Positions 23,892 through 35,965 of a DNA stretch of 64,000 nucleotides are shown in pieces. The notes under the pieces were generated by a model. That model made no database searches. It was not told the origin of the DNA and was given only the letters and a program-made list of their open reading frames with translations. The position numbers and the translations under genes were made by a program. The first letter of the stretch is position 1. Every line of letters begins with the position of its first letter. Origin of the DNA: Hyaloraphidium curvatum SAG 235-1 (taxonomy: Eukaryota > Fungi > Monoblepharomycota); contig JAIVFI010000031.1 of assembly GCA_025558095.1 (NCBI GenBank), forward strand, positions 310,001-374,000, given 5' to 3'.

Positions 23892-24056
23892 GGCACGCCA
23901 CTCGTCTGTGTGCGCGGGATCACCATCGGCGAAGGGCGGGGATGGGGGATTGAGGGGATTGAGCGTGCCTTCGCCACAACGGCAGTGTCGTCATTGCGCA
24001 CCGAGGGACGCGAGGGATTGGGATTCTCTCCGTCTTTCATAAAGCCGACCGTTCCA

Positions 24057-25507
24057 TCATGCCTCTTTGGCCTCCTCTCTCGCCTTCCGCTTCTTCCGGT
24101 TCAAAGCAGCCGTATTGTCACAGAATTCGCAGCAGGTCGCGACGGAGAAGCCCAGCAAACCGGCCAGCAGACCAAGGATCCCGCTCAAGAATGCCCAGCC
24201 TGCGATCAGAGAGGCGGTTAACGGCGACGCTCAACCGGCCCCGCTTGCAACAGCCACCACGTCAAGGAGAACCCACCATTGTAGATCGACGTCTCCACAA
24301 AGGTCTCAACATCGAGCGAGCCGAGGGTGAACGACAAAATGAAGGTTTCGCGGGCCCCAACAAGAGCTTGCACGGGGCGGAGCGAGGATACAACGGGCCA
24401 TCTCTGCTGCACGCAAGACGGCAGCGGGCAAGCCTGTTCGGGATCGCAGGCCTCAAATAGGGTGCACCTGCCCGATCCCGACTGACACGGGTAGATCGGC
24501 TGCTTGGTCGGGCAGCGGCCTTCGAGGAAAGCGCGCTCGCACGAGCCGGGTACTGCGTCTGGATCGAATCCGCCGTTCTCGGCCGTCGGGTAGCGGCAAT
24601 TGCAGTTTTTCTCCACGCACTGCTGTTGGAAGTTGATGCGACAGGCCGACTGCCCGCCCGGCGCGTCCGTGCAGTCCTTGATGAGGGTGGTCTCCTCCAG
24701 CGAAAGGAGAATCCGGTAAAGGACGCCCCGCGACACGACATTGTTCAGCAGCGGTTCGGTCGCCGGATATTCCGCGTTGACGATGCCGTACGAGATCAAG
24801 TCGAACTCCCCATACGAAGGGAACCTGCCCGCGATCGAGAGGCTTGCACCGGGCGTGATCGGGGCGAATCCGCTATCGCCGGTGTTGAAGATGCGGCAAA
24901 CCGTGGGCAGGATCGTGAAGGGAAAGTCGACCCATTGAGTAACGACCGGGCCGCACGTGCCCTCGGCAGGGATGTCCTCCCCGAGAGAGCCCAGGCCAGC
25001 GACGCAGGCCATGCCGCTAGAAGTTCCGTTGACGAGCCCTTGGATTCCTCCGGTAGGAACTGCGACGAATTCCTTTGCTTTGGTCGCGTTCAAGGTACTC
25101 AGGCAGACTGCAAATCCCGGGAACGGGAACGGCGACCTGCGCTCCTTGCCGACCGAAGTACTGGTCGGCCGGCTAGCAAGGTACATGGCCTGGATCACAA
25201 CGTAGGCGATGAACAAGCCCCAAAGCACGAGCCCGAAGAGCAACCAAAGCCGACGGGACCACAGCGAGCGGGATTTGTCGACCGGCTTGACCATGTACGG
25301 CGGGGCCCCGGAATCGCTCGTGATGTAGAAGAGCGAGTCGCGGAAGTTCTTGGGGAGCTCATCCCCGTCCGCTTCGTCGGCAGCCACGATCTCCTCTTCG
25401 TCGGGTGCTTCCACGACGGGGATCTCGAGAACCTTGGCATCGCCGTTCTCGGGCAGGGTGCCGGCCGGCACCGCGGCGTCCGGTTTCTCCACCGGGTTCG
25501 CGTCCAT
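24057..25507 (-). CDS. DEG/ENaC/ASIC superfamily ion channel subunit (2 exons, intron 24276-24200, 457 aa)
   Basis: TM1 RRLWLLFGLVLWGLFIAYVVIQAMYL, post-TM1 PTSTSV...FPGFAVC, thumb ACRINFQQQCVEKNCNCR and CPLPSC, SLDVETFVETSIYN. Spliced TM2 is GWAFLSGILGLLAGLLGFSVATCCEF. Confidence 0.85.
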
Positions 25508-25759
25508 GTTTTCTGCTATCGTGCAGATTGCCCTCTACGGCTGCTGACCGCTCTCGTTGCGCGGAACGCAGGCAGCGGGTTTTTTGATCAAGGGTTCAAG
25601 CGGGTCGGCCTCGGGGTCCATGCGCTCTGCGTTTCCTCGCTGACCTAATCCTGAGGTCAAGCAGCTCCCACCGGAAGCCGGAAGGCGCGAAGGATCAAGT
25701 GCTAAGTACGTTAGCCCTCATGGAAATTCCTTCATTAGAAGAATTGAATTGGAGCTACA

Positions 25760-27940
25760 TCACAGATTGCTGCCGCCCGCAGCCACGTGCTTGGCGAACT
25801 TGGGCTCGATTTCCGCCTTCAGCAACCTTTTGTCAATCTTGGCCGTCGCATTCTTGGGCAGCCCTTCGTAGGCGTCGACCTCGCCGGGCACCGGCACCGG
25901 ATGCCTAATATCGATGAACTCGGGCACTTTGAAGGCCGCAAGCTGCCCCTTGGCATGATCGATCAACTCCTGCATGGTCGCCTTCTGCCCCGGCTTGAGC
26001 ACCACAACCGCGCCGACAAGCTCGCCAAGGATGCGATCAGGAATGCCGACGGCCGCAGCTTCCATCACAGCGGGGCTGCGCGAGACAGTGAGAACGTGAC
26101 CCGAAGGACCCGGCGGCGATCAACCCACTGCGAGTAGAGGGCGTTCTCCACTTCGACGGCGTACACGTTCTCCGCGCCGCGGATGATCACCTATGAAGCG
26201 ATGATTACATGCCAGCGCCCAGGAAGGCACTAGCGCCGCCGTACCTGCTTGAGGCGATCTGCCAAGAAGATGAATCCTTCATCGTTCATCCAGGCGCCAT
26301 CGCCGGTCTTGTAGAACCCGTCGTCGGAGAAAGATGTGGCGTTTGCATCTGAAACGGAAAGCAAATGAGCTACGATCGGAGGTAATGTGGTGCCCGCACC
26401 ATTTCGCTTCCAATATCCGAGAATGGCGTGGCTAGATCGGAGCCAAAGCTCGCCGACCTGGCCCCTCGGCATTTCCTTTGCTCCGTCAAGGCTCATCACC
26501 TTCGCTTCGCACACTGGCGTGGGAAGGCCGATCGAGGTCGGATATCTCGCAAAGTCGTCCATCAGGTTGACTATACAGCTGTTGCACTCTGGAGAGACAC
26601 CAGTGAGCGTGCCACAGACGTTTGAGGGCCCAAGGCAAGAAAAGACCTACCAGTGAGACCGTATCCATTGCCGCCGACGACGTTCGAGGCCTTCTTCTTG
26701 AGGTCCTTGCCCAAGCCGGCCGAGGCCGGTGCCCCACCGCTGCTGATGGCTTCGAGGCTGGACGTGTCGTACTTGGCAAAGTCGGGGTGCTCCAGAACCT
26801 GCATGATCATCGAGGGCGCGCAGACGAGCGCGGTCACCCTCTCCGCCTGGATGATCTTGAGCGCGGTGCTGGCGTCCCATTTCCACGGGTAGATCGTCGT
26901 CCCGCCCTGAATGGCCATCTGCATGCTAACTACGATCCCGAATCCGTGGAAGCAGGGCATGGGGTTGATGGCGATCGGCGGCTTCTCGCGCGGCGGGGGA
27001 GGGAAGGGGTCGCCGCGACGTACGAGCTGGCGTGCACCGCCAAAGGGAGACGAGATTTGGATGTTGGTCCAACTCCGATGTGGAGCAAGGCAGCCCTTAG
27101 GTTGCCCTGTAGTGCCCGAAGAGTAGTATATCCTGGCCGAGAGATGGGTCAGAGCTTTGGAGGGGTGAAGCCGGCAAGAAACGCTCACGTAGCCGGCTCA
27201 TCCGGGTGGAGCTCGCATTCCGGGAGCTTCCTGCCCCGCATCCTTTCCATGATGTCCTCCCAGAAAACAATCTTTGAACCGTAGCTGCCGACTCCGGCCT
27301 GCGAACGCGGCGTCCGCACGAGGACGAGGCGCTTCAGCCCCGGAAGGTCACGCAAGAGCTCCGCCAGCGTTCCGGCCTCGTGCAATCGCGAAAACCGCTC
27401 CCGGTCGAGGATCAAGACCGAAGGATCGGAATCCCTGATGACGTAGGCCAGCTCCGGCGCCGAAAACCAGGCGTTCAGCGCCGAGAAGATTATCCCCAGG
27501 GACGTGGTCCCGAAGAAAGTAATCGGATACTGCGTGAAGTTGCTGTCGACGGGGTGAATCTCAATCACGAGAAGGAACTCTCCCGATCACACCCACCGCA
27601 TGCCGGCGGAGACGCGGTCGCCCTTCTTCAGTCCGATCTCGGCCAGCCAAGCACCCCATCTACCGATGTAGTCGTCCGTTTGAGCGTAGCTCATGACCTC
27701 CTCACGCTTTCCGGCCGAATCGTATTGGACCACGTAAGGGTTGTCGCCGAAGGCCTTTGCAATGTCCCAGAAGGCACGCAGGGTCGGCGGCGCGTTCTTC
27801 CAGCACCGGACGCGCGCCGTCCTTCCGTCGAGGCACTTCCATTCGAAAGTGTCCAGCTCCCACGTGGGAACGGTCGAGAGCAGCAGGTCCGTCGCCTCCT
27901 TGACTGAAAGCTTCGGAGGCGGGGGGCCATCGTCCGACAT
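25760..27940 (-). CDS. Acyl-CoA synthetase (ANL/AMP-binding family), possibly peroxisomal; multi-exon
   Basis: YYSSGTTGQPKG, GYGLT, FYKTGDG...FLADRLK, IIRGAENV, LPKNATAKIDK. C-terminal SNL is PTS1-like. Confidence 0.9.
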
Positions 27941-28219
27941 CGTTCAAGGAGCGGCTCGCGGACTCAGAATCGCAAGCTTTGGAGGTCCAAGGTCCTCGTT
28001 GTCCCCAATCCCCCCAGTAGGAGCGTCTCCCGCCGGCGTGTGGCGAAGATCCGAGAGGAGTGTCACGTGACCCACAATCAACTTTGAATTCATCGAGCGC
28101 CATTCCCGTCGGCTGCGCTCGACGAGACGTGCCAGCACGTCCCCGTGACTTTCTGACGCCGCCCTCCGCGCGGCCGGCGAGGACGGGCTTCGGGGGACCG
28201 GCGCGCACCGCGCTTCACA

Positions 28220-29228
28220 ATGGCAATGGCGGCGCCGCCCGTCCAAAAGATCCAGGTCGAATCCCGCGGGGACATTCTGCACCTCCAGCGGGTGCTGAAG
28301 CAGGCGGCCCGGGACCGCGTGGAGAAGGCCGCCGTGCCGGAGGAGGACAGGGCGGCGCTGGCCAGCTCGCTGGACCAGGTGTGTTGCTGCCCCGCAGCGC
28401 ACCTCCTACGCCGGTCTGACGCGGCCGGCTGCCTTACGACTAGTGGGTCGACGAAATTTTTGATATGGCGGGGCCGAATATCACCGTCAACGGGATGGAG
28501 TACGCGGAGGCCATGCAGGACAAGGAAGGTGGGACCGCCGTCGCCCCAAGGAGTAGGAAGTTTCCAAACCGCTTCTCGGCGTCTTCCAGAGTACGAGCCG
28601 AAGGACGAGCGGCTGGACAAGCTGATTGAGGACAAGCAGCGGGAGGCGGAGGAGCGCCTGTTCAAAGTGACGGAGATGCGGCGCAACTTCCCGGTGTTCC
28701 TTTCAAAACTCGCCGAGGACGCCGAGCGGCGAAAGACGTGGGGAGAGGCCGAGGGAATCGTCTTTGCGGACCATTCGTCGGCAGAAAAGGTGGCGGATCC
28801 GTCGCCTGCGCTGGACGTGGACCTGGAGGAAATGGTCTCGGAGATCAAGGAGACGGCCGAGGCGGTGAAGGAGATGGCTTTGGTGGGTTTCGCTCTCCCT
28901 TGCTTCTGTCTGGTCTGCTCGGTCACCAATGAACTCACTTACGCTTCGTCAGACCGTGCCTGCTCTGGAGTCGAAGCTGGCGAACGCTCACTCGGTCATG
29001 GAGGATCTCGGACTCCTTGTGGAACCTCCCGCGGAGACGCCCAACAAGCGGTTGTCGATCGGCGGCATGGTGCGGGCCGCTCAGGCCCAGAACGATGACA
29101 TGGAGGACGAACCTTCGACTCCCCGGCGAGCCATCCCCGCGCTCGTCAAGAAGCTCCGTGGGAGCGACGCTGCGATGGTGCGAGAGCAGGCGGACGTGGA
29201 GGCGGGGAACGATAACGAGGAGCATTGA
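28220..29228 (+). CDS. NSL1: Kinetochore Mis12-complex subunit Nsl1/Mis14; multi-exon
   Basis: KIQVESRGDILHL...Q|WVDEIFDMAGPNITVNG...EYEPKDERL...VTEMRRNFP, then TVPALESKLANA. Confidence 0.75.
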
Positions 29229-29350
29229 TTCGAAAGGCCTGCCGTGAGACCAACGGCTCGCATCTCCGTTTCGATACCTTCGATACCCCTTTGTAAGCTC
29301 ATTCCAGTTTGATTCCCGCTACAAGTAGTCCTACCGGCCCTCGCATGGAT

Positions 29351-29965
29351 CTATCGCCTCTTCCTCTTCACCGGCCGGTCGCCGCCCCACGGCAACGGCG
29401 TTGTGTCCTGGAGGCGCACGATCCTCCACTCCGCCTCGCGCACGGCCCGCACGATTCCGTCCCTGCCCGTTCCGAATCCGTTGAGCTTGACCCACACTCC
29501 GCCGGCCATCATGCCCTTGGGCACGTTGATGCCTTTGTTCTTTGCCTTGTCGGCCAGCAGCTTCCCTGCGGCGAGGGCGGCGTCCACGCTGGCGCGGTTC
29601 GCCCCCTTGAAGCCCGCCATCCCGCAGCTGGCCATCGTCAGCGGCTGGCCGTCGCGGTCCGTCAGCGTGGCGAGGGTGTTTTTGCGGTTCGCGACGACGT
29701 GCAGGATGTGCGTGTAGTTCAGGTTGGGCGCCGGCGGCCGCTGCGGGCGCTGCGCGTAGAACTCGCGCGGCTGGTTGCGCTGCTGCCGCGTCGGCGTCGC
29801 GCCTGCGGCCACCGCGGGAGTCGTCGCGATGCCGCGCGGGGACGCCGCGGCGCGGTGCGAGGCTCGGGGCGGAAGGCGCGGCAGCATCGCGGCCAACGCG
29901 TCGCCCGGCCCGCCGATGCCGCGCGGCGTCGAGCGCAGGAAAAGACCGCTACACGGCGGTGCCAT
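29351..29965 (-). CDS. MRPS11: Mitochondrial ribosomal protein uS11m
   Basis: LHVVANRKNTLATLTD...SCGMAGFKGANR...LNGFGTGRDG...LQDTTPLPWGGDRPVKRKRR, with a presequence. Start may instead be the ATG at 29887. Confidence 0.9.
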   Translation of the reverse strand: MAPPCSGLFLRSTPRGIGGPGDALAAMLPRLPPRASHRAAASPRGIATTPAVAAGATPTRQQRNQPREFYAQRPQRPPAPNLNYTHILHVVANRKNTLATLTDRDGQPLTMASCGMAGFKGANRASVDAALAAGKLLADKAKNKGINVPKGMMAGGVWVKLNGFGTGRDGIVRAVREAEWRIVRLQDTTPLPWGGDRPVKRKRR

Positions 29966-30173
29966 CAGGGCCGCAGGGACGGGAGATGAGCGCGTGCGGT
30001 GGTTTGTTGCACGCCAGTCACGCAGGCGTCTCGGTCCTCCGCCGGCTTCGCGCAGCCGAGTGGATGCGAAGAGCACAAGATTGAAGTGTACTTCATCAGA
30101 ACAATGCCAGGTATACAGCTACGCCAACAGACTCGCTTTCTTTTTCCTTCCCTCCATTCGTTCCGCCCGCCGA

Positions 30174-33100
30174 TCACGCCGCCTCCTCCGTCGCGGTCGC
30201 CACGCGCTGCACGCCGCTCTTCACCACCTGCTTGCCCGGCGCCATCACGCGGGTGCCCGTGGAACCCGTCGAGCCGGCGCTGCCGATGTCGCTCATTTGG
30301 TACCTGGAGATGGTCGATCAGAATCGTTGAGGCGGGATCGACTTCCGGGCAAACTCACGAGATGTCGTCCCACGGGTGGCGGTACAGACCCTGCTTCAGG
30401 CGCTTCTGGTCCAGGTAGTGACCGATAAAGCCGATGGAGCGACCAAGAACGAAGAGGCCGTTCAGCGTTCCGATCTTAAGGGAAACAGAATGAGATCGCG
30501 TCTCGAAAAGCCAGGCGATCGAAACCGACCTTGACGTACTCCTCGGCCTCCTCGGGGCTGAAGGCACCGCTGCCACGGAGCAGGTCGACGAAGCAGACGC
30601 CGATGGCACCGTCGACGTTCAGGATCAGGTTGTCCTTCTTGCTCGTCGTGATCTTCTCCGTCTCGAGCGCGTAGTCAAGCAGCACGTGCGAGGGAAAGTT
30701 CTTGATGACGTAGTCCTTGACAAGCTCCACGCGGAGGTCGGGGTTGGTCCGGGACTTGATGCGGTGGCCGATGCCGGGGATCAGCTTCTGGGCCTTGCGC
30801 ATGGTCTCGACAAAGTCCGCGGGGGTCAGGCCGCTGTCGTACGCGGTGGTGAACTCGCGCGCCGCGTCGTCGAGCGCGCCGCCGAAGCGGGGTCCGATCG
30901 TGCACAGGCCGGCAACGAGCGAGGAGATGAGATCCTTGCCGGCGCGGGCAGTGACGATCGTGTTGAGGGCACCCGAGACTGGAAGCCGCACGTTAGCGCG
31001 AAGCGGATCGCTAAGCCACGGCCAAACTCACCAGCAGGACCGTGGTCGGCCGTCAGCATGAGCACCATCTCGATGAACTTGCAGGCGTAGTCGGGCAGCC
31101 GGCGACGGAACCACAGCAGGCTGAGCACGCCTCCGATGCCGAGGTCCTCCTTGAACACGTCCGAAATGGGCATGCCGGCGTACAGCAGCTCCTGCCCGCG
31201 GTCGTCGGTGATGGTAGAGATGAAGCTGGTCGGCTTGCGGACGAGGCCGAGCTCCTGAGCCCAGGAGTAGTCGATCGGGATCGTCGGCGGGTCCGGCTCG
31301 GGGGCCACGCGGATGGCGCCGCTGTCGACCATCTTGCTGAAGAGCGAGCCGAGGACCTTGGGCAGGGACTCGAAGGTGTCGGGCACGTGCACGCCGGCCT
31401 CCTTAAGCGCCTTGTTTTTGGCGGCCGCGGTCTCCATGTCCGAGTTGGCGAACGAGCCAGCGTGGCCGAACTGGACGTCGGTGGTGAACATCGTCCCGCA
31501 GGTACCGATGCACCAGGCGACGACGGGCTTGGTGATCTTGCCCTCCTTGACCGCCTTGGCGATCTCGTACTCCTCCACGCCGCCGACCTCGCCGAGGAGC
31601 AGGAGGATCTTGGCGCCGGGGTCCTGCTGGAACCGCATCATGTGATCCACGAAGGTCGAGCCGGGGTAGCGGTCCCCTCCGATCGCCACGCCCTCGTACA
31701 CGCCGTCGGTGCACCGCGAGACGATGTTGTTGAGCTCGTTCGACATGCCGCCGGACTTGGACACGTAGGCGACCGAACCGGGGCGGTAAAGCTTCGAGGC
31801 GACGATGTTGTCCATCATGCCGCCCGTGTTGCCGATCTTGAAGCAGCCAGGCTTGATGCCGCCGACGGTGGCGGGGCCTATGATGAGCACGTTCTTGCGC
31901 TTGGCCTCCCACAGGAGCTGGCGCGCGCGCTTCTCAGGCACGCCCTCGGCGATGATGGCGACGGTGCGGATCTGAGGGTGGCTCATGATCTCACGGGTGC
32001 TCTCGTAGACCCTGGTTGGAGGTGGTCAAGCGAGGCCAGAAATATCCGTGAAGACGGGAAGCTACTCACGACCGGAAGCTAGCAAAGTTAACGACGACGT
32101 CGACCTCGGGGAAGCGCGCGATGGCCTCGGACAGGCTGGTGAAGACCGGCAGCAGGGTCTCCTTGGTGCCCCAGTAGAACTTCTGCACGTGGGCGCCGCC
32201 GAAGGGGTACACCATCGCGGCGACCGAGGGCACGGAGCGGTTGCACATGTAGTCAAAGTCCAGCATGCCCTGCACGGCCTTGGGCTGCATGCCGTAGACG
32301 AAGGCCCTGGTCTTGTTGGTGAAGGGCTGCCACCACTGCGCCTTCTCGATCGGCGTGGTAGGGAAGTGCACCACCCCGGTCTCGTCCGGCGCCGGCGTCT
32401 TGGGCTTGGGCGGCATCGTCGTCAGCGGGGCCGGGGCGGGGGTGGAGCCGGAGCCGGGGGTCGACGGGCGCAGAGTGGGGAAGTCGCTGGTGGTGGAGGC
32501 GCGGCGGTCCGAGAGGGCGGCGCGCTCGCGATCCAGGTCGTCCAGGAGGCCCATCTCGCGCGCCTTCTTCTCGCCGAGGAGGGCAAGCGGGACGATGCCG
32601 GAGACGTGCATCTCGGGTCCATAGACCTGCCAAGGCGCACGTGTGAGAGAAGGATCTCCAGGCACGGGCGAGCGGCAGCGGGAAACCGACCTGCATCTCG
32701 ACGCCCAGCTGGCTCCCGCACTGCCTGATCATCTTGAGCCCCTCCTGGTAGTTGGGCCCGGCGCGCCGGACAAAGATGCGGAAGTTGTGCTGCTGCAGCT
32801 TGAACTTGAACTCGTTCAGGGCCTTGATGATGCCCTTGAAGGTCGCCGCGACGTTGGTGAAGTTGGCGATGCCGCCTCCGATGAAGAGGACCTTGCCCTG
32901 CGGGTTGGGCGCGCCGCGGGTCATGAGGTCCAGCAGCGTCTTGGCGTACTCGTAGGTCTGCGCCTCGGAGGGCGCGCCCGAGTATTCGCCGTAGTTGGCC
33001 AGCTCGTCGGCGAAGCCCGCGTTGGCGATGGCGTCCGAGTAGACGACCGAGGCGCCGCCGCCGGCCACCATGGTCCAGATGCGGCCCTTGGGGTTCAGCA

Positions 33101-34252
33101 CCGTCAGCTTGAGCGAGGCGCCGGTCTTGCTGTCCAGGTCGGCGATGTACGCCTCCTCCTTGCTGAGCTCGCGGCCAAAGGGCGCGGGGTAGTCCAGCTT
33201 GGGGCCGCCGAACTGCGGGTTGCCCTGCTTCGAGGCGGGGTACAGCGCCTGCAGCGCGGCCGACCAGCGCTTGGAGCATTCAAAGTCGGCGGTCTGGTCG
33301 ATCTTGGCGGCCAGGTCCAGGAAGTTGACGGAAGTCCGCTTGGTGGCCGGGTCGGTGATGACCACGAGCGGGTTGATCTCGAGGTACGTGAACTGCAGGT
33401 CCGAGTAGACGGCGTACAGCCGGGTCACAAAGTCGACCAGGGCCTCGTGCTTGTCAGCGGGCACGTCTGTTTCGGTCGGAGAGGCGGAGCGTGAGCGCCC
33501 GAGGCCAGTGATCCGGGGCGTGGCTGAGCACCCACCCTTGAGCAGCGTGCTCTTGATCTCGTCCGCCGAGGGGAAATCGCCATCGACCTTGACCATGAGC
33601 CTCATGGCCTTGGCGTCGACGTCGCCAATGTCGACGCCGCCCTCGTGAGTGAAGAGGATCCAGTCTCCCTCGCGGACCGACTGGATGCAGATGTAGTACT
33701 CGTCGGCGCCATCGTGGGGGAGGAAGGGCTCGACGAGGAAGTTGCGGAGGATGCCGGTGGTCTTGCCGATCTGTTCCGGGGCGGCCGGGGAGGCGGGATC
33801 AGAGGCGTCGCGCGATCGGGGACGCGCCGGGGACGCACCGTGACCGGCTTGCCGGCGCGCGCAGCGATCCAGTCCTTGGCGCCCTGCCAGTCGAGCTTGA
33901 TGCCCAGCAGGCCTGCCTTGCCGCGCCGCTTGATCAGCTGGTCGGGCTTCGCGACGAGCCGCACGCCGGGCTCGACGAGCCACGGGTAGTCGCGCTCTGC
34001 CTGCTGGAACACGCCCTGCACGTGCTGCGCGAGCTCTACGCCCTCAAGCGACGTGTCGAACTCGAGCTGGGCCAGCCGCGGCGCGGGCAGGTACGGCAGC
34101 GCGGCGGCGGGCGCGGAGAGCGAGGCCGCGGGCGGCGCCTTGGCCACGCCGTTGGCGGTCGGCGGCGGGTTCTCCAGCGGGCGCGCGATGCGCGGCAGCC
34201 AATGGCTGATCAGCAGCTTGCCGTCGTACTCGGAGACCGCCTTGGCAGACAT
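30174..34252 (-). CDS. ACLY: ATP-citrate lyase, single-chain (fused A+B) form; multi-exon
   Basis: [63 protein letters not shown] (phospho-His), [27 protein letters not shown]. Confidence 0.96.
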
Positions 34253-34703
34253 CGCGGCGGCTCTCTAGATGGGTGTCGGAGTCTCAGAGGGGAGACGTGT
34301 TCCTTCGTGGGTTTCGGGGCGTGGAGCGTGCTCGGGGGAGCGCAGAACGCGCTGGAGTGTCCGATGCGCTGGACGCCGCGTTTCCTGGCGACGGCAGAGG
34401 AGAATGCGCTCGGGCCAGGTGTTGGGGAGGTGTCGGGAAGGCACAGCCGACAACGATGGGCTGATGTGGAAAAATCCCAGCTGATCCGGCGTTCCGCCGA
34501 AGCCCCAACCGGCCTTTTATTTTGCCGTCCGGCCGAGGCGCCAAGTCCACCTGCTGGCGGCAAAGGCGATCATCAAGAAGCTTGCGACTTGAGTTCAGCG
34601 CGCAACCGTGTGAAAGGACGCGGACAATCGCAACCTGCACACAAGAATCCTGTACCATCGTGCATTAGCTTAGTCCAATCTAGTCAATGGACTTCCTGCC
34701 CGT

Positions 34704-35768
34704 TCATGCCGCCTGGCCGTCCGCATCCGCCGCCTTGCGCCCCACGCCCGGCGGCGGTGCCTCCGGCGCGTCGTCCTCCGCCTTCGCCGCCAGTTTCCGC
34801 ACCTCCCCCAGGTCCGGCACGCTCCTGATCACCCTCCCGACCGAGTTCGGCGGGCTCGATGCGATCTCCGACGGGGACAGCGACCGCAGGGGCACCTCCA
34901 TGCTCACGCTCCCCGTCAGGGCGTCCTCGAGGGCGCGCTGGCGCGCCTCCTCCTTGAGCTTCCTGGCCAGCTCGAGCGGGTCCGAGATCTTGAGATGCGG
35001 GAAGCGCGTCTCGGCGCGGTAGTTGCGCGCCACGGGCGGCAGCGCTACGCCCTCGCCCAGGAAGGCGTCGATCTTGCGGTCGATGTTCTCGCGGGTGACA
35101 AAGTGCTCCGAGGCATGGAAGAGCGACAGCAGGTCCGCCAGGCGCTTGTCGGACTTGTCGGCTTCGGTCTTGAGGTAGTTCTGGAAGCGGAACTGCCTGC
35201 GCAGGTGCAGGTAGCGCTTCCACCAGCGCTGCCGCTGGGCCACCACGGGGTCCTGCGATGCGGGCGCGAGCCCCAGCTCGTCCGCGACGTCGGCGGACGC
35301 CGGCCTGGCGGCGGATGCGGGCGCCTCGGCGGCCTGCCTGGCCTCCTCGGCGTCGAGCGCGGCGATGATGTCCCGCAGCAGCGGCGTGGCGCCCCTGATC
35401 GGCTGCGCGGGGGCGGCCGACGGGCCAAACTCCTCGAAGTTCGAAATGGTCTGCTTCGCCTGCGCGAGGTACGCCTCGCGGTCGCGCTCGAGCGCCTCCC
35501 TGCGCTCCCTGCTGCGTGCGATGCGCGCCTCTGCGTCGGCGGCGCGCTCCTCCTCGGCGACCTTCAGCTCGGCCATCCACAGGCGGCGGCGGCGTCTCAG
35601 CTCCTCGCGGTACTCGTCCGCGCCGGGCAGCGCCGTCGGGCGCGCCGCGGGGTGCCGCACTGCCAGGCGCCGCGCACCGCGCCGCGCACCCATCGCCGCG
35701 GCAGGCAGCGCCGCGGACACCGCGCTGAGCGGCACGCGCGCTTCCGCACGGCTCGCGAGCCGCAGCAT
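34704..35768 (-). CDS. Probable fungal mitochondrial ribosomal protein mS26/Pet12-like
   Basis: Presequence, coiled coil, YLHLRRQFRFQNY, LLSLFHASEHFVTRENIDRKIDAF and LEDALTG resemble fungal mS26. Confidence 0.55.
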   Translation of the reverse strand: MLRLASRAEARVPLSAVSAALPAAAMGARRGARRLAVRHPAARPTALPGADEYREELRRRRRLWMAELKVAEEERAADAEARIARSRERREALERDREAYLAQAKQTISNFEEFGPSAAPAQPIRGATPLLRDIIAALDAEEARQAAEAPASAARPASADVADELGLAPASQDPVVAQRQRWWKRYLHLRRQFRFQNYLKTEADKSDKRLADLLSLFHASEHFVTRENIDRKIDAFLGEGVALPPVARNYRAETRFPHLKISDPLELARKLKEEARQRALEDALTGSVSMEVPLRSLSPSEIASSPPNSVGRVIRSVPDLGEVRKLAAKAEDDAPEAPPPGVGRKAADADGQAA

Positions 35769-35965
35769 CGTGGTCGGTGGTCGACGCGTTGGCCTCGGCG
35801 TGACGACAAAAGTTGAAGGCGCGCCGCGTCGGCAGCGTCGCTCACCAACTTCTGCCGCACTCTCTGCGACCGAGCAGGGCTGCTTCTCTAGCGCAGTTCC
35901 GGGAGATATTGTAACGTTCTTGGTTTTCGGCGCGCCGGAAAGGGCGCCGGACCGCAATCGCCGCC

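Noticed and set aside
30174-34252. Fused single-chain ATP-citrate lyase as a novelty
   Set aside because: The fused form is already known in animals and several non-ascomycete fungi.
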